From: Casimicrobiaceae bacterium
GTDB taxonomy: Bacteria > Pseudomonadota > Gammaproteobacteria > Burkholderiales > Casimicrobiaceae
Assembly: GCA_035539315.1 (NCBI GenBank)
Contig: DATLIR010000047.1
Location: forward strand, 1-59,190
Direction: 5' to 3'
DNA: 59,190 bases
The notes beneath the pieces were generated by a model, which worked only from the letters and a program-made list of their open reading frames with translations, was not told the DNA's origin and did no database searches. The position numbers and the translations under genes were made by a program. Positions 45,202 through 57,778 of the stretch are shown here, one piece after another (position 1 is the stretch's first letter; every line of letters starts with the position of its first letter).

Positions 45202-45233
45202 CGAAATCCTCGGGGCGGCGCGATCCGCCGATT

Positions 45234-46160
45234 CTAGCGCGCCGTGACTTTCGCGGCGGCGCGAAGCTCGCGCGCCAGCCCGAGCCAATGCTCGCGGGAC
45301 GCCAGCGACGCCTGCGCGCCCGCGCGCGTGCAGGCATGGGAGCCGGCCGCCGCGCCGTCGGCGAGCGCGTCCGGCAACGTCGCCCCGCGGTCGAGCGCCG
45401 CTGCGAGCGCCCCTGCGAAAGCGTCGCCGGCCGCCGTGGTGTCCACGACCTCGACGCGCGCGGCGTCGACCTGGTAGGCGTGGGATGCGTCCGCCGCGAC
45501 GACGCCCGCGGCGCCGAGCGTCACCACGGCCGCCAGCCGCCAGCGGTCCGCGGCCGCGGCGCAGAACTCGCGCGGCGCGCCGGGCAAGCCCGCGCCTCGC
45601 GCAATCACCGCGGCTTCGTGCTCGTTCGCGATCAGCACGTCGACCGCGTCGAGCAGCGCATCGGGAAGCGCGGCGGGCGGCGCGACGTTCAGCACGACGC
45701 GCGCGCCCGCGGCCCGTGCGCGCTGTGCGAGCGCGATCACTTCCGCGAGCGGCACCTCTAGCTGCAGCATGACGAGGGGACGCGCGTCGACGAGGCGTGC
45801 ATCGACCTGCGTGAATCGCACCGAGCCGTTCGCGCCGGGCACGACCGTGATGGTGTTGCGGCCGTGCGCGTCGACGTGGATCAGCGCGAGGCCGGTCGGC
45901 CCCTCGAGCCTCGCGACGCTCGCGGTGTCGACGCCGGCCTCGCGAAGCGTCGCGAGGGCGACGTCCGCGAATCCGTCGCGGCCCACCGCCCCGACCAGCG
46001 CGACCTTCGCGCCCGCACGGCGGGCGGCGAGCGCCTGGTTCGCGCCCTTGCCGCCGGCGTGGACCGTGTACGCCACCGCGACCTGCGTCTCGCCTTCGCG
46101 TGGCAGGTGGACGACGCGCGCGACGAGGTCGGCGTTGATCGAGCCGAAGACGACGATCAT
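45234..46160 (-). CDS. rbsK: Ribokinase (PfkB family)
   Basis: VFGSINADLV, GGKGANQA, QLEVP, NEHEA and DTTAAGDAF. Confidence 0.88.
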   Translation of the reverse strand: MIVVFGSINADLVARVVHLPREGETQVAVAYTVHAGGKGANQALAARRAGAKVALVGAVGRDGFADVALATLREAGVDTASVARLEGPTGLALIHVDAHGRNTITVVPGANGSVRFTQVDARLVDARPLVMLQLEVPLAEVIALAQRARAAGARVVLNVAPPAALPDALLDAVDVLIANEHEAAVIARGAGLPGAPREFCAAAADRWRLAAVVTLGAAGVVAADASHAYQVDAARVEVVDTTAAGDAFAGALAAALDRGATLPDALADGAAAGSHACTRAGAQASLASREHWLGLARELRAAAKVTAR

Positions 46161-46185
46161 GACGCGATGCCGCGCAGCGCCGCGG

Positions 46186-46623
46186 CTAGCCGAGGGTGTT
46201 GACCGTGCCCTTGACCAGCAGGATGTTGCCGTACGGCCGCAACTCGCCGGTACGCACGACGGCGAACGCCTCGCGCGTGCGCTCGTAGAACGCCTGGCGC
46301 TCGAGATGACCGATCTCGACGTCGCCGTGGCCATGATCGGCGAGCACGGCCGCGAAGTCGGCGACCGGCTCGGGCAGCGCGTCGGCGTCGCCGTGCACCT
46401 CCATCGTGAAGACCGCCGGCGTCTCGACGTTGTCGAGCGGGAGCACGTCCAGCACGGCGGCGAGCACCTCGTGCGCACCGGCGCCGGCGATCGTCACCAG
46501 GCGCTTGGCCAGCGAGGACGACGGGAAGTTCGCATCGACGATCGCGACCTCGTCGCCATGCCCCATCGAGGCGAGCGCGTGCAGGAGATCGGGGGTCAGG
46601 AGTGACGACAGTCCCTTCAGCAT
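46186..46623 (-). CDS. RbsD/FucU family sugar mutarotase
   Basis: MLKG...MGHGDEVAIVDANFP, RQAFYE and TGELRPYGNILL.KG. Confidence 0.9.
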   Translation of the reverse strand: MLKGLSSLLTPDLLHALASMGHGDEVAIVDANFPSSSLAKRLVTIAGAGAHEVLAAVLDVLPLDNVETPAVFTMEVHGDADALPEPVADFAAVLADHGHGDVEIGHLERQAFYERTREAFAVVRTGELRPYGNILLVKGTVNTLG

Positions 46624-46638
46624 GGCGGCCTCGCGTGA

Positions 46639-47466
46639 TCAGTAGACGTGCCGCTCGAGCTTCGCGCGGTGCAGGATCGTCGTGGCGATCTCCTCGATCG
46701 ACTTCGACGTCGTGTCGACCATCGGGATGCCTTCGCGCAGCATCAGCGCCTCCGCTTCGCGCACCTCGTAGCGGCAGTTGTCGAGCGCCGCGTAGCGGCT
46801 GCCCGGGCGGCGCTCCTCGCGGATCTCGCGCAGGCGCTCCGGCTGGATCGTGAGGCCGAAAAGGCGATCCTTGTGCCCGATCACCGACCCCGGCAGCTTG
46901 TGGTCGGCGAAGTCGTCGGGCGTGAGCGGGAAGTTGGCCGCGCGCACGCCGAACTGCAATGCGAGGTAGAGCGAGGTGGGCGTCTTGCCGCAGCGGGAGA
47001 CGCCGACCAGGACCACCTGCGCCTTGGCGAGGTCGCGCGTCGCGGCGCCGTCGTCGTGCGTCTGCGTGAAGTTGATCGCTTCCATCCGCGCGAAATACTC
47101 GTGGCTGTTGGCGATGCCGTGCGATCGCCCCGCGGCGTGCGAGCTCTTGGAGACGAGCTCCGCCTCGAGCGGCGCGATGAAGATCTGGAACAGATCGAGC
47201 GTGAGCGCCTGCGCGCGGGCGCGGATCGTCTCGCTGGCGTCCTCGTCGACGACCGACGAGAACACGATCGGCCGGCGCTCCTCGGCGGCACCGGTCTCGT
47301 TCACCAGCCGGATCGCTTCGGTGACCTTCTCGGGTGAGTCGACGAACGGCACGGTGATGCGGCGAAACGCGACGTCCTCGAACTGCGACAGGAGGCTGTT
47401 GCCGAGCATCTCGGCGGTGATACCGGTGCGATCGGACAGGAAGAAGACCGTGCGGCGGCTCGGCAT
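46639..47466 (-). CDS. ppsR: PEP synthase regulatory kinase/pyrophosphorylase
   Basis: SDRTGITAE, HDDG, GVSRCGKTPTSLYLA and SIEEIAT. Confidence 0.92.
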   Translation of the reverse strand: MPSRRTVFFLSDRTGITAEMLGNSLLSQFEDVAFRRITVPFVDSPEKVTEAIRLVNETGAAEERRPIVFSSVVDEDASETIRARAQALTLDLFQIFIAPLEAELVSKSSHAAGRSHGIANSHEYFARMEAINFTQTHDDGAATRDLAKAQVVLVGVSRCGKTPTSLYLALQFGVRAANFPLTPDDFADHKLPGSVIGHKDRLFGLTIQPERLREIREERRPGSRYAALDNCRYEVREAEALMLREGIPMVDTTSKSIEEIATTILHRAKLERHVY

Positions 47467-47506
47467 GGCGTCGCGACCGCGGACGACGAGGGGGCTGCGC
47501 GTCGCG

Positions 47507-48343
47507 CTACCACCGCTCCCACACCGGCTCGACGCCGGCGGGCAGCGGGGGAAGGTCGCCGAGGTCGAGCCAGCTCTCGCCGGGCCCGTGGTAGTCCGAG
47601 CCGGTCGAGGCCGCGAAGCCGAACAGGCGTGCCTGCGTCGCGAACTCCGCCGACTGCGCGGCGGTGTGCGACGGCGACAGCACCTCGATCGCGTCGCCAC
47701 CGGCGTCCCGGAAATCGGCGAGCAGCTGCTTCATGCCCGCGCGGCCGTCGACCTTGTATCGCCCCGGGTGCGCGAGCACCGCGACGCCGCCGGCGCCGTG
47801 GATCCAGCCGATCGCCTGCGGCAGCGTCGTCCACTCGTGCTCGACGTAGCCGGGCTTGCCGGGGGTGAGGTAATGCTTGAAGACGTCCTTCACGTCGCGC
47901 ATGACGCCGGCTTCGACCAGGTAGCGGGCGAAGTGGGTGCGCGACACCAGCCGCTCGCTGGTCACGTAGCGCATCGCCCCCTGGTAGGCGCCGGGAATGC
48001 CTGCGGCGGCGAGCGAGGCGCCGATGCGCTTCGCCCGACCGGTGCGACCGCTGCGGATCGACTCCAGGCCCGCCACCAGCTCGGCGTCCTCCGGATCGAT
48101 GTTCAGCGCGACGACGTGCACCGTCAGGTCCTGCCAGCTGACCGAAAGCTCGCTGCCCTGGATGAACGCCATCCCGGTCCCGCGCGCCGCCTCGGTCGCC
48201 TCCGCAAGCCCGGCGACCTCGTCGTGGTCCGTGAGGGCGAGCACCTCGACGCCCCGCGATGCGGCCCGTCGCACGACCTCGGTCGGGGATAAAAGGCCGT
48301 CCGAACGGGTCGAATGGCAGTGGAGGTCGTGGCGCGGCGTCAC
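47507..48343 (-). CDS. PHP-domain phosphoesterase (YciV/TrpH-like)
   Basis: DLHCHSTRSDG, ALTDHD, RTHFAR, LAHPGRY and GSDYHG. Confidence 0.9.
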   Translation of the reverse strand: MTPRHDLHCHSTRSDGLLSPTEVVRRAASRGVEVLALTDHDEVAGLAEATEAARGTGMAFIQGSELSVSWQDLTVHVVALNIDPEDAELVAGLESIRSGRTGRAKRIGASLAAAGIPGAYQGAMRYVTSERLVSRTHFARYLVEAGVMRDVKDVFKHYLTPGKPGYVEHEWTTLPQAIGWIHGAGGVAVLAHPGRYKVDGRAGMKQLLADFRDAGGDAIEVLSPSHTAAQSAEFATQARLFGFAASTGSDYHGPGESWLDLGDLPPLPAGVEPVWERW

Positions 48344-48512
48344 TTTTGTATTCTACCAGCCCGTCCCACGGTCACCGCGGACGCAACACCCCCGGGCGCC
48401 GCCTGTCGGCAATGCTTGCTAGCGGACGCGGGTTCGGTTGACTATTATGCCAATGGGATAGGGGTGCCCAAACGGGGGCACGCCATGGGTCCCGTGGAGA
48501 GGCGATCCTGCC

Positions 48513-48881
48513 GTGAAGCTGCTCGAACGTGTGCTGAATCCGCGCGAGATCCGCCGTCGGCTGGGCCTCAACCAGGAACAGTTCTGGACCCAGATCGGGG
48601 TCACGCAGAGCGGGGGCTCGCGCTACGAAAGCGGACGCGAGATGCCGCGGCCCGTTCGCGAGCTGTTGCGTCTCGTGCACGTCGAGCAGATCGACCTCTC
48701 GCAGGTCAAGCGCATCGACTTCGAGATCATCAGCTACCTCAAGGAAGCGCATCCGGACCTGTATCGGAGCCTGCGCCGGGCCGCCCGCGGCCGGCGCAAT
48801 GCGCAGGGCCTCCCGGTCTCCGGCCTCGAGGACGAAGGCGGCGAGGAACTTCCGCTGGTGCCCGAGACGCCGGCGCGCTAG
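48513..48881 (+). CDS. XRE-type helix-turn-helix DNA-binding protein
   Basis: GGAGAGG SD and IRRRLGLNQEQFWTQIGVTQSGGSRYESGR HTH. Confidence 0.85.
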   Translation: MKLLERVLNPREIRRRLGLNQEQFWTQIGVTQSGGSRYESGREMPRPVRELLRLVHVEQIDLSQVKRIDFEIISYLKEAHPDLYRSLRRAARGRRNAQGLPVSGLEDEGGEELPLVPETPAR

Positions 48882-49038
48882 CGCGGAAGCTGTTCGCGGC
48901 CGTCCCACACGCTTCCCGCATCGCAGCGAGCGCGGCCGGGACAACCCGTCGCGGTAGAATCACGGCGGCCCGCGTCCGCCGTGCTGCAACGCACTAAGGC
49001 GAACCGCGCGCCGGTCCTTCGTCGCGGAGCATCCGGGT

Positions 49039-51444
<2,406 letters not shown>

Positions 51445-51517
51445 CGCCGCGGCGGGTTCGCGCCGCCTCGGCCGAACGGCCGAAGGCGCGCCATGGGCGT
51501 TCGTGGTCGGATGTCGC

Positions 51518-52027
51518 ATGCGCCGCGTCGTCTCGCGCCGGTTCGATTTCTCCCGTTCGCCTGCCACGCGCGCGTTCGTGCTCGTCGCACATGCTGCCAC
51601 CGTGGGGCTGGTCGTAGCGCTGCCGCTGAATCCCTTGATGGCCGCGTCGCTCGCGCTGCTGGTCGTCGCGCTGGGGCTCAAGGCGTGGCGCGGCCTCGAC
51701 GATGCGCTGGCCGGCGTGGTCCTTCGCTCCGACGGCACGCTGACCGCACTCGCGCGCGATGGCCGCGCGATCGATGGAACGCTGGTGGCAGGCTCGGTCG
51801 CGCTTCCGCGCTACGCGTCCATCGCGTGGCGTCCGGATGGCTCGAAGGGCGTCGCGTGCGAAAGCGTGCCGGCCGACCGCCTGCCCGGCGCGGCCCACCG
51901 CGAGTTGCGCGTGCTGCTGCGTTACGCGACCAGCGGCGACGAGGCGGGCGATCCCGCGAGCCAGGCGCGCGCATCGATGAGCGCGGCGCTCTCGGCCTTG
52001 CTCTGGCCGGCGAGGAGGTGGAGGTAG
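51518..52027 (+). CDS. YgfX/CptA-like membrane protein
   Basis: Two N-terminal TM segments including the H in VAHAA, a beta-rich middle, and C-terminal D.L...[10 protein letters not shown]. The 3' end overlaps the convergent SDR gene. Confidence 0.6.
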   Translation: MRRVVSRRFDFSRSPATRAFVLVAHAATVGLVVALPLNPLMAASLALLVVALGLKAWRGLDDALAGVVLRSDGTLTALARDGRAIDGTLVAGSVALPRYASIAWRPDGSKGVACESVPADRLPGAAHRELRVLLRYATSGDEAGDPASQARASMSAALSALLWPARRWR

Positions 52028-52713
52028 AGCGGGACCAGCGTCTCGGGCAGCGGCAACTTGCTGCGATCCTCGCCCGGATGCGTGCGGCCGCGCATCGGCG
52101 AGCGGATCGGACCGGGCACGAGCGCGTTGACGCGCAGCGTGGGACGCGACTCCCATTCGTCCGCCAGTTCGCGCGCGAGCGCGGCCACGCCCGCCTTGGT
52201 GACGCCGTAGCCGCCCCAGTACGCGCGCGGCGCGAGCCCGCGATCGTCGAGCGTGAAGACGACCGAGGCGTCGGGCGCCTTCGAGAGCAGCGGGATCAGC
52301 GCGCGCGTGAGGCCCATCGGCGCGGCGAGGTTCACGCGCAGCAGTGCGAGCCACGCCTCGTAGGACTGGTGCTCGAGCGGCCCGAGCGAGCCGAGCATCG
52401 CGGCGGTGTGCACTAGGGCGTCGAGCCGCTTGAACTGCGACTCCAGCGCCGCGGCGACGTTGCCGAAATCGGCGGCCTCGGCTTTCGCGAGGTCGAGCGG
52501 CAGGATCACCGGCTCCGGGTCGCCGGCCTCGACGATCTCGTCGTAGAGCTTTTCGAGCGCGGTGACGTTGCGCCCGTGCAGCACGACGGTCGCCCCGCGA
52601 GCCGCGCAGGCGCGCGCGAGTGGCGCACCCAGGCCCCCGGTCGCGCCGGTCACCAGGACGACGCGCTCGGCGAGATCGGGAGGGGCAGCGCGGGCGGGAT
52701 CGGGAAGCGGCAC
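51922..52713 (-). CDS. Short-chain dehydrogenase/reductase (YciK-like)
   Basis: LVTGATGGLG, LHGR, YWGGYGVTK (YxxxK) and PGPIRSPMR. Start is GTG 52713 or ATG 52758. Confidence 0.88.
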   Translation of the reverse strand: MPLPDPARAAPPDLAERVVLVTGATGGLGAPLARACAARGATVVLHGRNVTALEKLYDEIVEAGDPEPVILPLDLAKAEAADFGNVAAALESQFKRLDALVHTAAMLGSLGPLEHQSYEAWLALLRVNLAAPMGLTRALIPLLSKAPDASVVFTLDDRGLAPRAYWGGYGVTKAGVAALARELADEWESRPTLRVNALVPGPIRSPMRGRTHPGEDRSKLPLPETLVPLYLHLLAGQSKAESAALIDARAWLAGSPASSPLVA

Positions 52714-52860
52714 GGTGCTTCTCGCGCGATCGCATGGGCACGCGCGGGCCGCGATCATAGCGCAGGATCCGCGCCCGCTCCCCGCATCGCGTCGAACCGC
52801 GCGCGATCCGCTCCGACTTCCGCGTCGCGGCGACCCACATCCGCGTGTCGCGACAATCCA

Positions 52861-52901
52861 CTCCCGCTCCCGGCAGCGCGGGAAGCGGGTGGGGCGAGGG
52901 G
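52861..52901 (-). repeat. REP-like palindromic element, second copy
   Basis: Reverse complement CCCCTCGCCCCACCCGCTTCCCGCGCTGCCGGGAGCGGGAG resembles 41877-41917. Confidence 0.5.
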
Positions 52902-52975
52902 CGCCCGCGCTCGCGGTCGTCGTACGGGATGCACGTTGCGTCCCACACGCCGCCCTCGCGAAACGCGCCCCCGAT

Positions 52976-53004
52976 TTGCGCGCCCTTCGCAGCGCCGGTA
53001 TAAT
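52976..53004 (+). promoter_or_regulatory. sigma70 promoter of the tRNA-Ala/tRNA-Glu operon
   Basis: TTGCGC-17 nt-TATAAT, 14 nt before tRNA-Ala. Confidence 0.75.
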
Positions 53005-53018
53005 TTCGGATTCGCCGT

Positions 53019-53094
<76 letters not shown>

Positions 53095-53166
53095 CCGAAC
53101 GAACGCGACAGCCCGCGCGCGTGCATGGCACGGGCGGTCGCGGCGCCGGCACCGGCTGCAATCCGG

Positions 53167-53242
53167 GTCCCCATCGTCTAGAGGCCTAGGACATCGCCCT
53201 TTCACGGCGGTAACCGGGGTTCGAATCCCCGTGGGGACGCCA
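53167..53242 (+). tRNA. tRNA-Glu(TTC)
   Basis: GTCCCCATCGTCTAGAGGCCTAGGACA-TCGCC CT TTC AC GGCGG...GGTTCGAATCC...TGGGGAC GCCA. Confidence 0.97.
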
Positions 53243-53486
53243 CCCGACCGGGTGCCGGGCATGCATCCTCGACCGTCGCCCAACGGTCGCCGCCGCATCC
53301 ACGCCGGGGGCGCGACGGCGCCATCCTTTTCCCGCGTTGCTCGATGCGCCGCCCCTCCCTCCCGCCGTTGCCCGGACCGCCCCCGGAGACGGGCCGCGGG
53401 ACGCGCCTTTCCCAAGCTGAAACCCGCCCCGTGCGGACCGTCGGGCCGAAGGCGCGGCGCGTGTGCGCTGCCGGGAGCCCCGCCTG

Positions 53487-54770
53487 ATGGCCTGGTCGCG
53501 CAGACGCACGCGGTGGGTGCTCGGCAGCGTCGTGGCGACGGTGATCGTCACGCTGGTCGTCGTGAACCTGATGCCGGCCGAGCGCAAGATCGACCAGCGC
53601 ATCGAGCGTCTCTACGATCTCGGGTCCCCGCAGTACTTCCGCTCGATCGGCGTGCTGCTCGGCCCGCCGGCGCTGGCCGGCAACCGCGTCGAGTCGCTGC
53701 AGAACGGCGCCGAGATCTTCCCGTCGATGCTCGCCGCGATCCGATCGGCGCAGCGCTCGATCACGTTCGAGACCTACATCTACTGGTCGGGGGAGGTGGG
53801 CAGCGCCTTCGCGGAGGCACTCGCCGAGCGAGCCAAGGCTGGCGTTCGCGTGCATGTCCTGCTCGACTGGGTGGGGTCGCAGAAGATCGACGACGCGATG
53901 CTCGAGACGATGCGTCGGTCGGGCGTCCAGATCGAGCTCTTCCGGCCTCTGCAGTGGTATCACCTGGCGCGTCTCAACAATCGCACGCACCGCAAGCTCC
54001 TCGTCGTCGACGGTCGCGTGGGATTCACAGGGGGGGTCGGCATCGCCGACAAATGGGACGGCAAGGCGCAGGATCCCGACCATTGGCGCGACAGCCACTA
54101 CCGCGCCGAGGGACCGGTCGTCGCGCAAATGCAGGCGACGTTCCTCGACAACTGGACCAAGGTTACCGGCGTCGTGCTCCACGGCAGCGACTACTTCCCC
54201 GCGCTGGAGGCGCACGGGGGCGCGACGGCGCAGGTATTTTCGAGCTCGCCGGAGGGCGGCGCGGACAGCATGCAGCTCATGTACCTGATGGCGATCACGG
54301 CGGCGACTCGCTCGATCGAGCTCGCGAGCGCGTATTTCGTTCCCGACACGCTGACGACGAACGTCCTGGTCGACGCGCTGAAGCGTGGCGTCAAGGTCCG
54401 TATCGTCCTGCCCGGGCCGATCATCGACACAGACGTCGTGCGCCGCGCATCGCGCGCCACCTGGGGGCCGTTGCTGGAGGCAGGAGCGCAGATCCACGAG
54501 TACCAACCGACGATGTTCCATTGCAAGGTGATGATCGTCGACGGCCTCCTCGTGTCGGTGGGATCGACCAACTTCGACGTGCGCTCGTTCCGACTGAACG
54601 ACGAGGCGAACCTCAACATCCACGACGCGACGTTCGCCGCGCGCCAGATCGCGGTCTTCGAGCGGGACCTCACCCAGTCGCACCGCGTGTCGCTCGACGA
54701 ATGGCGCACGCGTCCCTGGCACGAGAAGCTGGCCGAGCGCGCGGCGTCGCTGCTGTCTGTCCAGTTGTAG
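53487..54770 (+). CDS. cls: Cardiolipin synthase (phospholipase D family)
   Basis: Two HKD motifs (RTHRKLLVVDG, FHCKVMIVDG), GSTNFD and a single N-terminal TM. Confidence 0.9.
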   Translation: MAWSRRRTRWVLGSVVATVIVTLVVVNLMPAERKIDQRIERLYDLGSPQYFRSIGVLLGPPALAGNRVESLQNGAEIFPSMLAAIRSAQRSITFETYIYWSGEVGSAFAEALAERAKAGVRVHVLLDWVGSQKIDDAMLETMRRSGVQIELFRPLQWYHLARLNNRTHRKLLVVDGRVGFTGGVGIADKWDGKAQDPDHWRDSHYRAEGPVVAQMQATFLDNWTKVTGVVLHGSDYFPALEAHGGATAQVFSSSPEGGADSMQLMYLMAITAATRSIELASAYFVPDTLTTNVLVDALKRGVKVRIVLPGPIIDTDVVRRASRATWGPLLEAGAQIHEYQPTMFHCKVMIVDGLLVSVGSTNFDVRSFRLNDEANLNIHDATFAARQIAVFERDLTQSHRVSLDEWRTRPWHEKLAERAASLLSVQL

Positions 54771-54783
54771 ACACGCCGATCAC

Positions 54784-56292
54784 GTGACCCCCGCCGCTTC
54801 GATCCCTCCCGGCGCCGCCGACCGCGAGCCGGTCACCGGCGTCCTCAAGGCGGCCTACGACGCCGTCCTGTACGTGGGACGCCCGTGCGCGACGAGCCAT
54901 CCGGAACGCATCGCGACGATCGCCGCGCTGCTCGGCATCGACACGCCCGAGCCGTCGACCGCGCGGATGCTCGACATCGGCTGCGGTGACGGCGGGAACC
55001 TCGTGCCGATCGCGGCTGCGCTGCCGCGCGGCTCGTTCGTCGGGATCGACCTGTCGCCGCGCTCGATCGACGAGGCGCGCGTGTTCGCCGACGACCTGAA
55101 GCTCGCCAACATCGCGTTCCACGCCGCCGATCTGCGCGACCTGCCCGCCGAAGCGGGGACCTTCGATTACATCGTCGCGCACGGCTTCTACTCGTGGGTT
55201 CCCGCGCCGGTGCGCAAGGCGCTGTTCGAGACGATCCGCGCGCGCCTCGCGCCCAGCGGCGTCGCGTTCATCAGCCACAACGTGCTGCCCGGCTGCGCGC
55301 TGCGTCGCATGGTATGGGACGTGCTGAACCCGCACGTCGCCCAGATCGACGATCCGCTGGCCCGCATCGCCGAGGCGCGCGCGCTGGCCGTGCGGATGGC
55401 CGATGCGATGGCGCTGCAGCCCGGGCTCGCGGCCACGCTCGCGATCGAGTACCGCGAGATCGCCGATCGCCCCGGCTTTGCGGTGCTGCACGACGACCTC
55501 GCGCCGGTCAACCACCCCGTGCTGGTGCGCGACATCGTCGCCGAGGCCGACGCGAACGACCTCGCCTGGCTGGGTGACGCGGACCTGTTCCGCCACGCTG
55601 CGCCGGCGTTCGGCGACACGATGAACGCCTGGTTGGCCGCGACCGATCGCATGACGCGCGAGCACGTGATCGACCACCTGCGGCTGCGCCGCTACCGCGA
55701 ATCGTTGTTCGTCCATCGCGAGGTGCCGGTCGGCGAGATGCCGGATGCACGCCGCCTCGCTTCGATGCACGTTGCCGCCACGAATACGACGGTCGAGCGC
55801 CATGCGGCCGCCGACGCGCGCGCCCCCGCGACGCTGCAGAAGGCATTGCTCGATCGGCTGGTCGACGTCCATCCGGGCAGCCTGCCGGTCGCCGACCTGG
55901 TGCCATGGATCGCCGGGCGCGCCGGCTCGGGCTCGCCGCTCGCGCAGCCCGACCAGGCGCGGGCGCTGTTGCTCAACGCGGCGTACGCGGGCGTTCTGCT
56001 ACCGCTCGCCACCCCGGCGCGCACGGTGACCGATCCGGGCGCGCGACCGGTGGCGTTCGCACCCGCGCGCTGGCAGGCGCCGCGGCACGATTTCGTCGTC
56101 AACCTGCGTCACGACGGCGTCGCGCTGGCCGATCCCGTGATGCGGCGGCTGGTGCCGCTCCTCGACGGCACGCGCGACCGCGCGGCGCTCGTCGCCGAGC
56201 TCGTCGCCATCGCCCCCGCAATGCGGGACCCGCACCGCGCCCTCGGCGAGTACCTCGCCCACTTCGGCAAGCTCGGGATCCTCCAGGCATGA
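54784..56292 (+). CDS. Class I SAM methyltransferase with a MethyTransf_Reg-like domain and C-terminal wHTH (paralog 1)
   Basis: SHPERI, LDIGCGDGGNL, FDYIVAHGFYSWVP, SHNVLPG, LHDDL, LRRYRESL and NLRH...LLDGTRD. Confidence 0.85.
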   Translation: MTPAASIPPGAADREPVTGVLKAAYDAVLYVGRPCATSHPERIATIAALLGIDTPEPSTARMLDIGCGDGGNLVPIAAALPRGSFVGIDLSPRSIDEARVFADDLKLANIAFHAADLRDLPAEAGTFDYIVAHGFYSWVPAPVRKALFETIRARLAPSGVAFISHNVLPGCALRRMVWDVLNPHVAQIDDPLARIAEARALAVRMADAMALQPGLAATLAIEYREIADRPGFAVLHDDLAPVNHPVLVRDIVAEADANDLAWLGDADLFRHAAPAFGDTMNAWLAATDRMTREHVIDHLRLRRYRESLFVHREVPVGEMPDARRLASMHVAATNTTVERHAAADARAPATLQKALLDRLVDVHPGSLPVADLVPWIAGRAGSGSPLAQPDQARALLLNAAYAGVLLPLATPARTVTDPGARPVAFAPARWQAPRHDFVVNLRHDGVALADPVMRRLVPLLDGTRDRAALVAELVAIAPAMRDPHRALGEYLAHFGKLGILQA

Positions 56293-57761
56293 GCGGAACC
56301 TTCCGCACGCCCTCAGCCGTCCCGGGCGCGGGCGCGCTGCACGAAGGCCTCAAGGCGGCCTACGAGAACATCGCCTACGTCGGCCGCCCGAACCACCACA
56401 GTCACCCGGATCGCCTCGCCGCGATCGCGACGCTATTCGGGCTCGCGCCGCCGGACGTGGCCGGCGCCCGCATCCTCGAGGTGGGCTGCGGCGACGGCGC
56501 GAACCTCGTGCCGATCGCCGCGCAATGGCCCGGCGCGCGCCTGGTAGGCTGCGACTTCTCGGCGCTGTTGATGCGCGATGCGCGGGCAATGGCGGAGGGC
56601 GTCGGCGTCGCCAACCTCGCGCTCGTCGAAGGCGACCTGCGCGAGGTCGCCGAGTCGCTCGGCAGCTTCGACTACATCATCGGCCACGGCTTCTACTCGT
56701 GGGTACCGGCCGACGTGCGCGACGCCTTCGTGGCGTTGGTGGGCAGGCAGCTCGCCCCCGGCGGCCTCGCGTTCATCAGCTACAACGTGCTGCCCGGGGG
56801 CTTCGTGCGCCGCATCGGCTGGGATGCGGTTCGCATCGCGGCCGCCGGGATCGACGCGCCGACCGAGCGGCTCGCCGCGACGCGCCGCCAATTCGCCGAT
56901 CTCGCGCAGGCGTGGTCCGCGATGCCGGGGCTGCCCGCGCATCTCGGACGCGAGTACGCCACCGCGGCGGAGCGCAGCGACAGCTCGCTCTACCATGACG
57001 ATTTGTCGGGCGTGAACGAAGCCGTCTATTTCTCGACCTTCGTGCATCACCTCGCCCGTCACCAGCTCGGCTTCCTCGCCGAGGCCGAGCCCGGTACGAT
57101 GAGCCTGGCGGGCCTCCCCGAGCGCATGCGCACGCTCGCCGCGAGCGCCGATGCGCTGTCGCGCGAGCAGTACCTCGACTTCGCCCGCGTGCGGCGCTTC
57201 CGGCAATCGATCGTGATGCGTGCGTCCGACATCGCGCGCGCAGGCATCACGCCCGCGGCGGTGACGAAGCTGCACCTGTCGGCCGTGACCGGCATCGTGC
57301 AGGAGCGCGTGGCCGGCGCGGCGCGCAGCGTCGAAGGACCGCTGGTCGATTTCCTCGTCGAGGCGTTCCCGCGCAGCCTGCCCGCCACCGACGTGCTGGC
57401 GATGCTCGAGGGGCACGGCTTGAGCACCGACGACGCGCTCACGACGCTCTTGCGAGGCTGCTTTTCGGGCGCGGTCGACCTCCACACGCGGCCGTTAGCG
57501 ATCGTCGCGGTGGCGGGCGGGCGGCCCCGTGCGTTCGCCGTCGCGCGCTGGCAAGCCGGTCGCGGCGATGCGGTCACCAACCTGCGCCACGAGCCGGTAC
57601 GCATCGAAGACGCGGTCGCGCGCGCGGTCGTCGCCGCGTGCGACGGCACGCGCGACCACGCAGCGCTCGCCGCGGTGGCCGGTCGGCACGGTTCACAGGC
57701 GGCGAGCGCGCTGCCCCAGTTCCTCGAGCGCTTCGCGCTCGCCGGCCTCCTCGAGGCCTGA
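56289..57761 (+). CDS. Class I SAM methyltransferase with a MethyTransf_Reg-like domain and C-terminal wHTH (paralog 2)
   Basis: ATGA overlap with paralog 1. Motifs: SHPDRL, LEVGCGDGANL, FDYIIGHGFYSWVP, SYNVLPG, YHDDL, RRFRQS and NLRH...CDGTRD. Confidence 0.85.
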   Translation: MSGTFRTPSAVPGAGALHEGLKAAYENIAYVGRPNHHSHPDRLAAIATLFGLAPPDVAGARILEVGCGDGANLVPIAAQWPGARLVGCDFSALLMRDARAMAEGVGVANLALVEGDLREVAESLGSFDYIIGHGFYSWVPADVRDAFVALVGRQLAPGGLAFISYNVLPGGFVRRIGWDAVRIAAAGIDAPTERLAATRRQFADLAQAWSAMPGLPAHLGREYATAAERSDSSLYHDDLSGVNEAVYFSTFVHHLARHQLGFLAEAEPGTMSLAGLPERMRTLAASADALSREQYLDFARVRRFRQSIVMRASDIARAGITPAAVTKLHLSAVTGIVQERVAGAARSVEGPLVDFLVEAFPRSLPATDVLAMLEGHGLSTDDALTTLLRGCFSGAVDLHTRPLAIVAVAGGRPRAFAVARWQAGRGDAVTNLRHEPVRIEDAVARAVVAACDGTRDHAALAAVAGRHGSQAASALPQFLERFALAGLLEA

Positions 57762-57778
57762 CCGACCCGGGACCTTCC

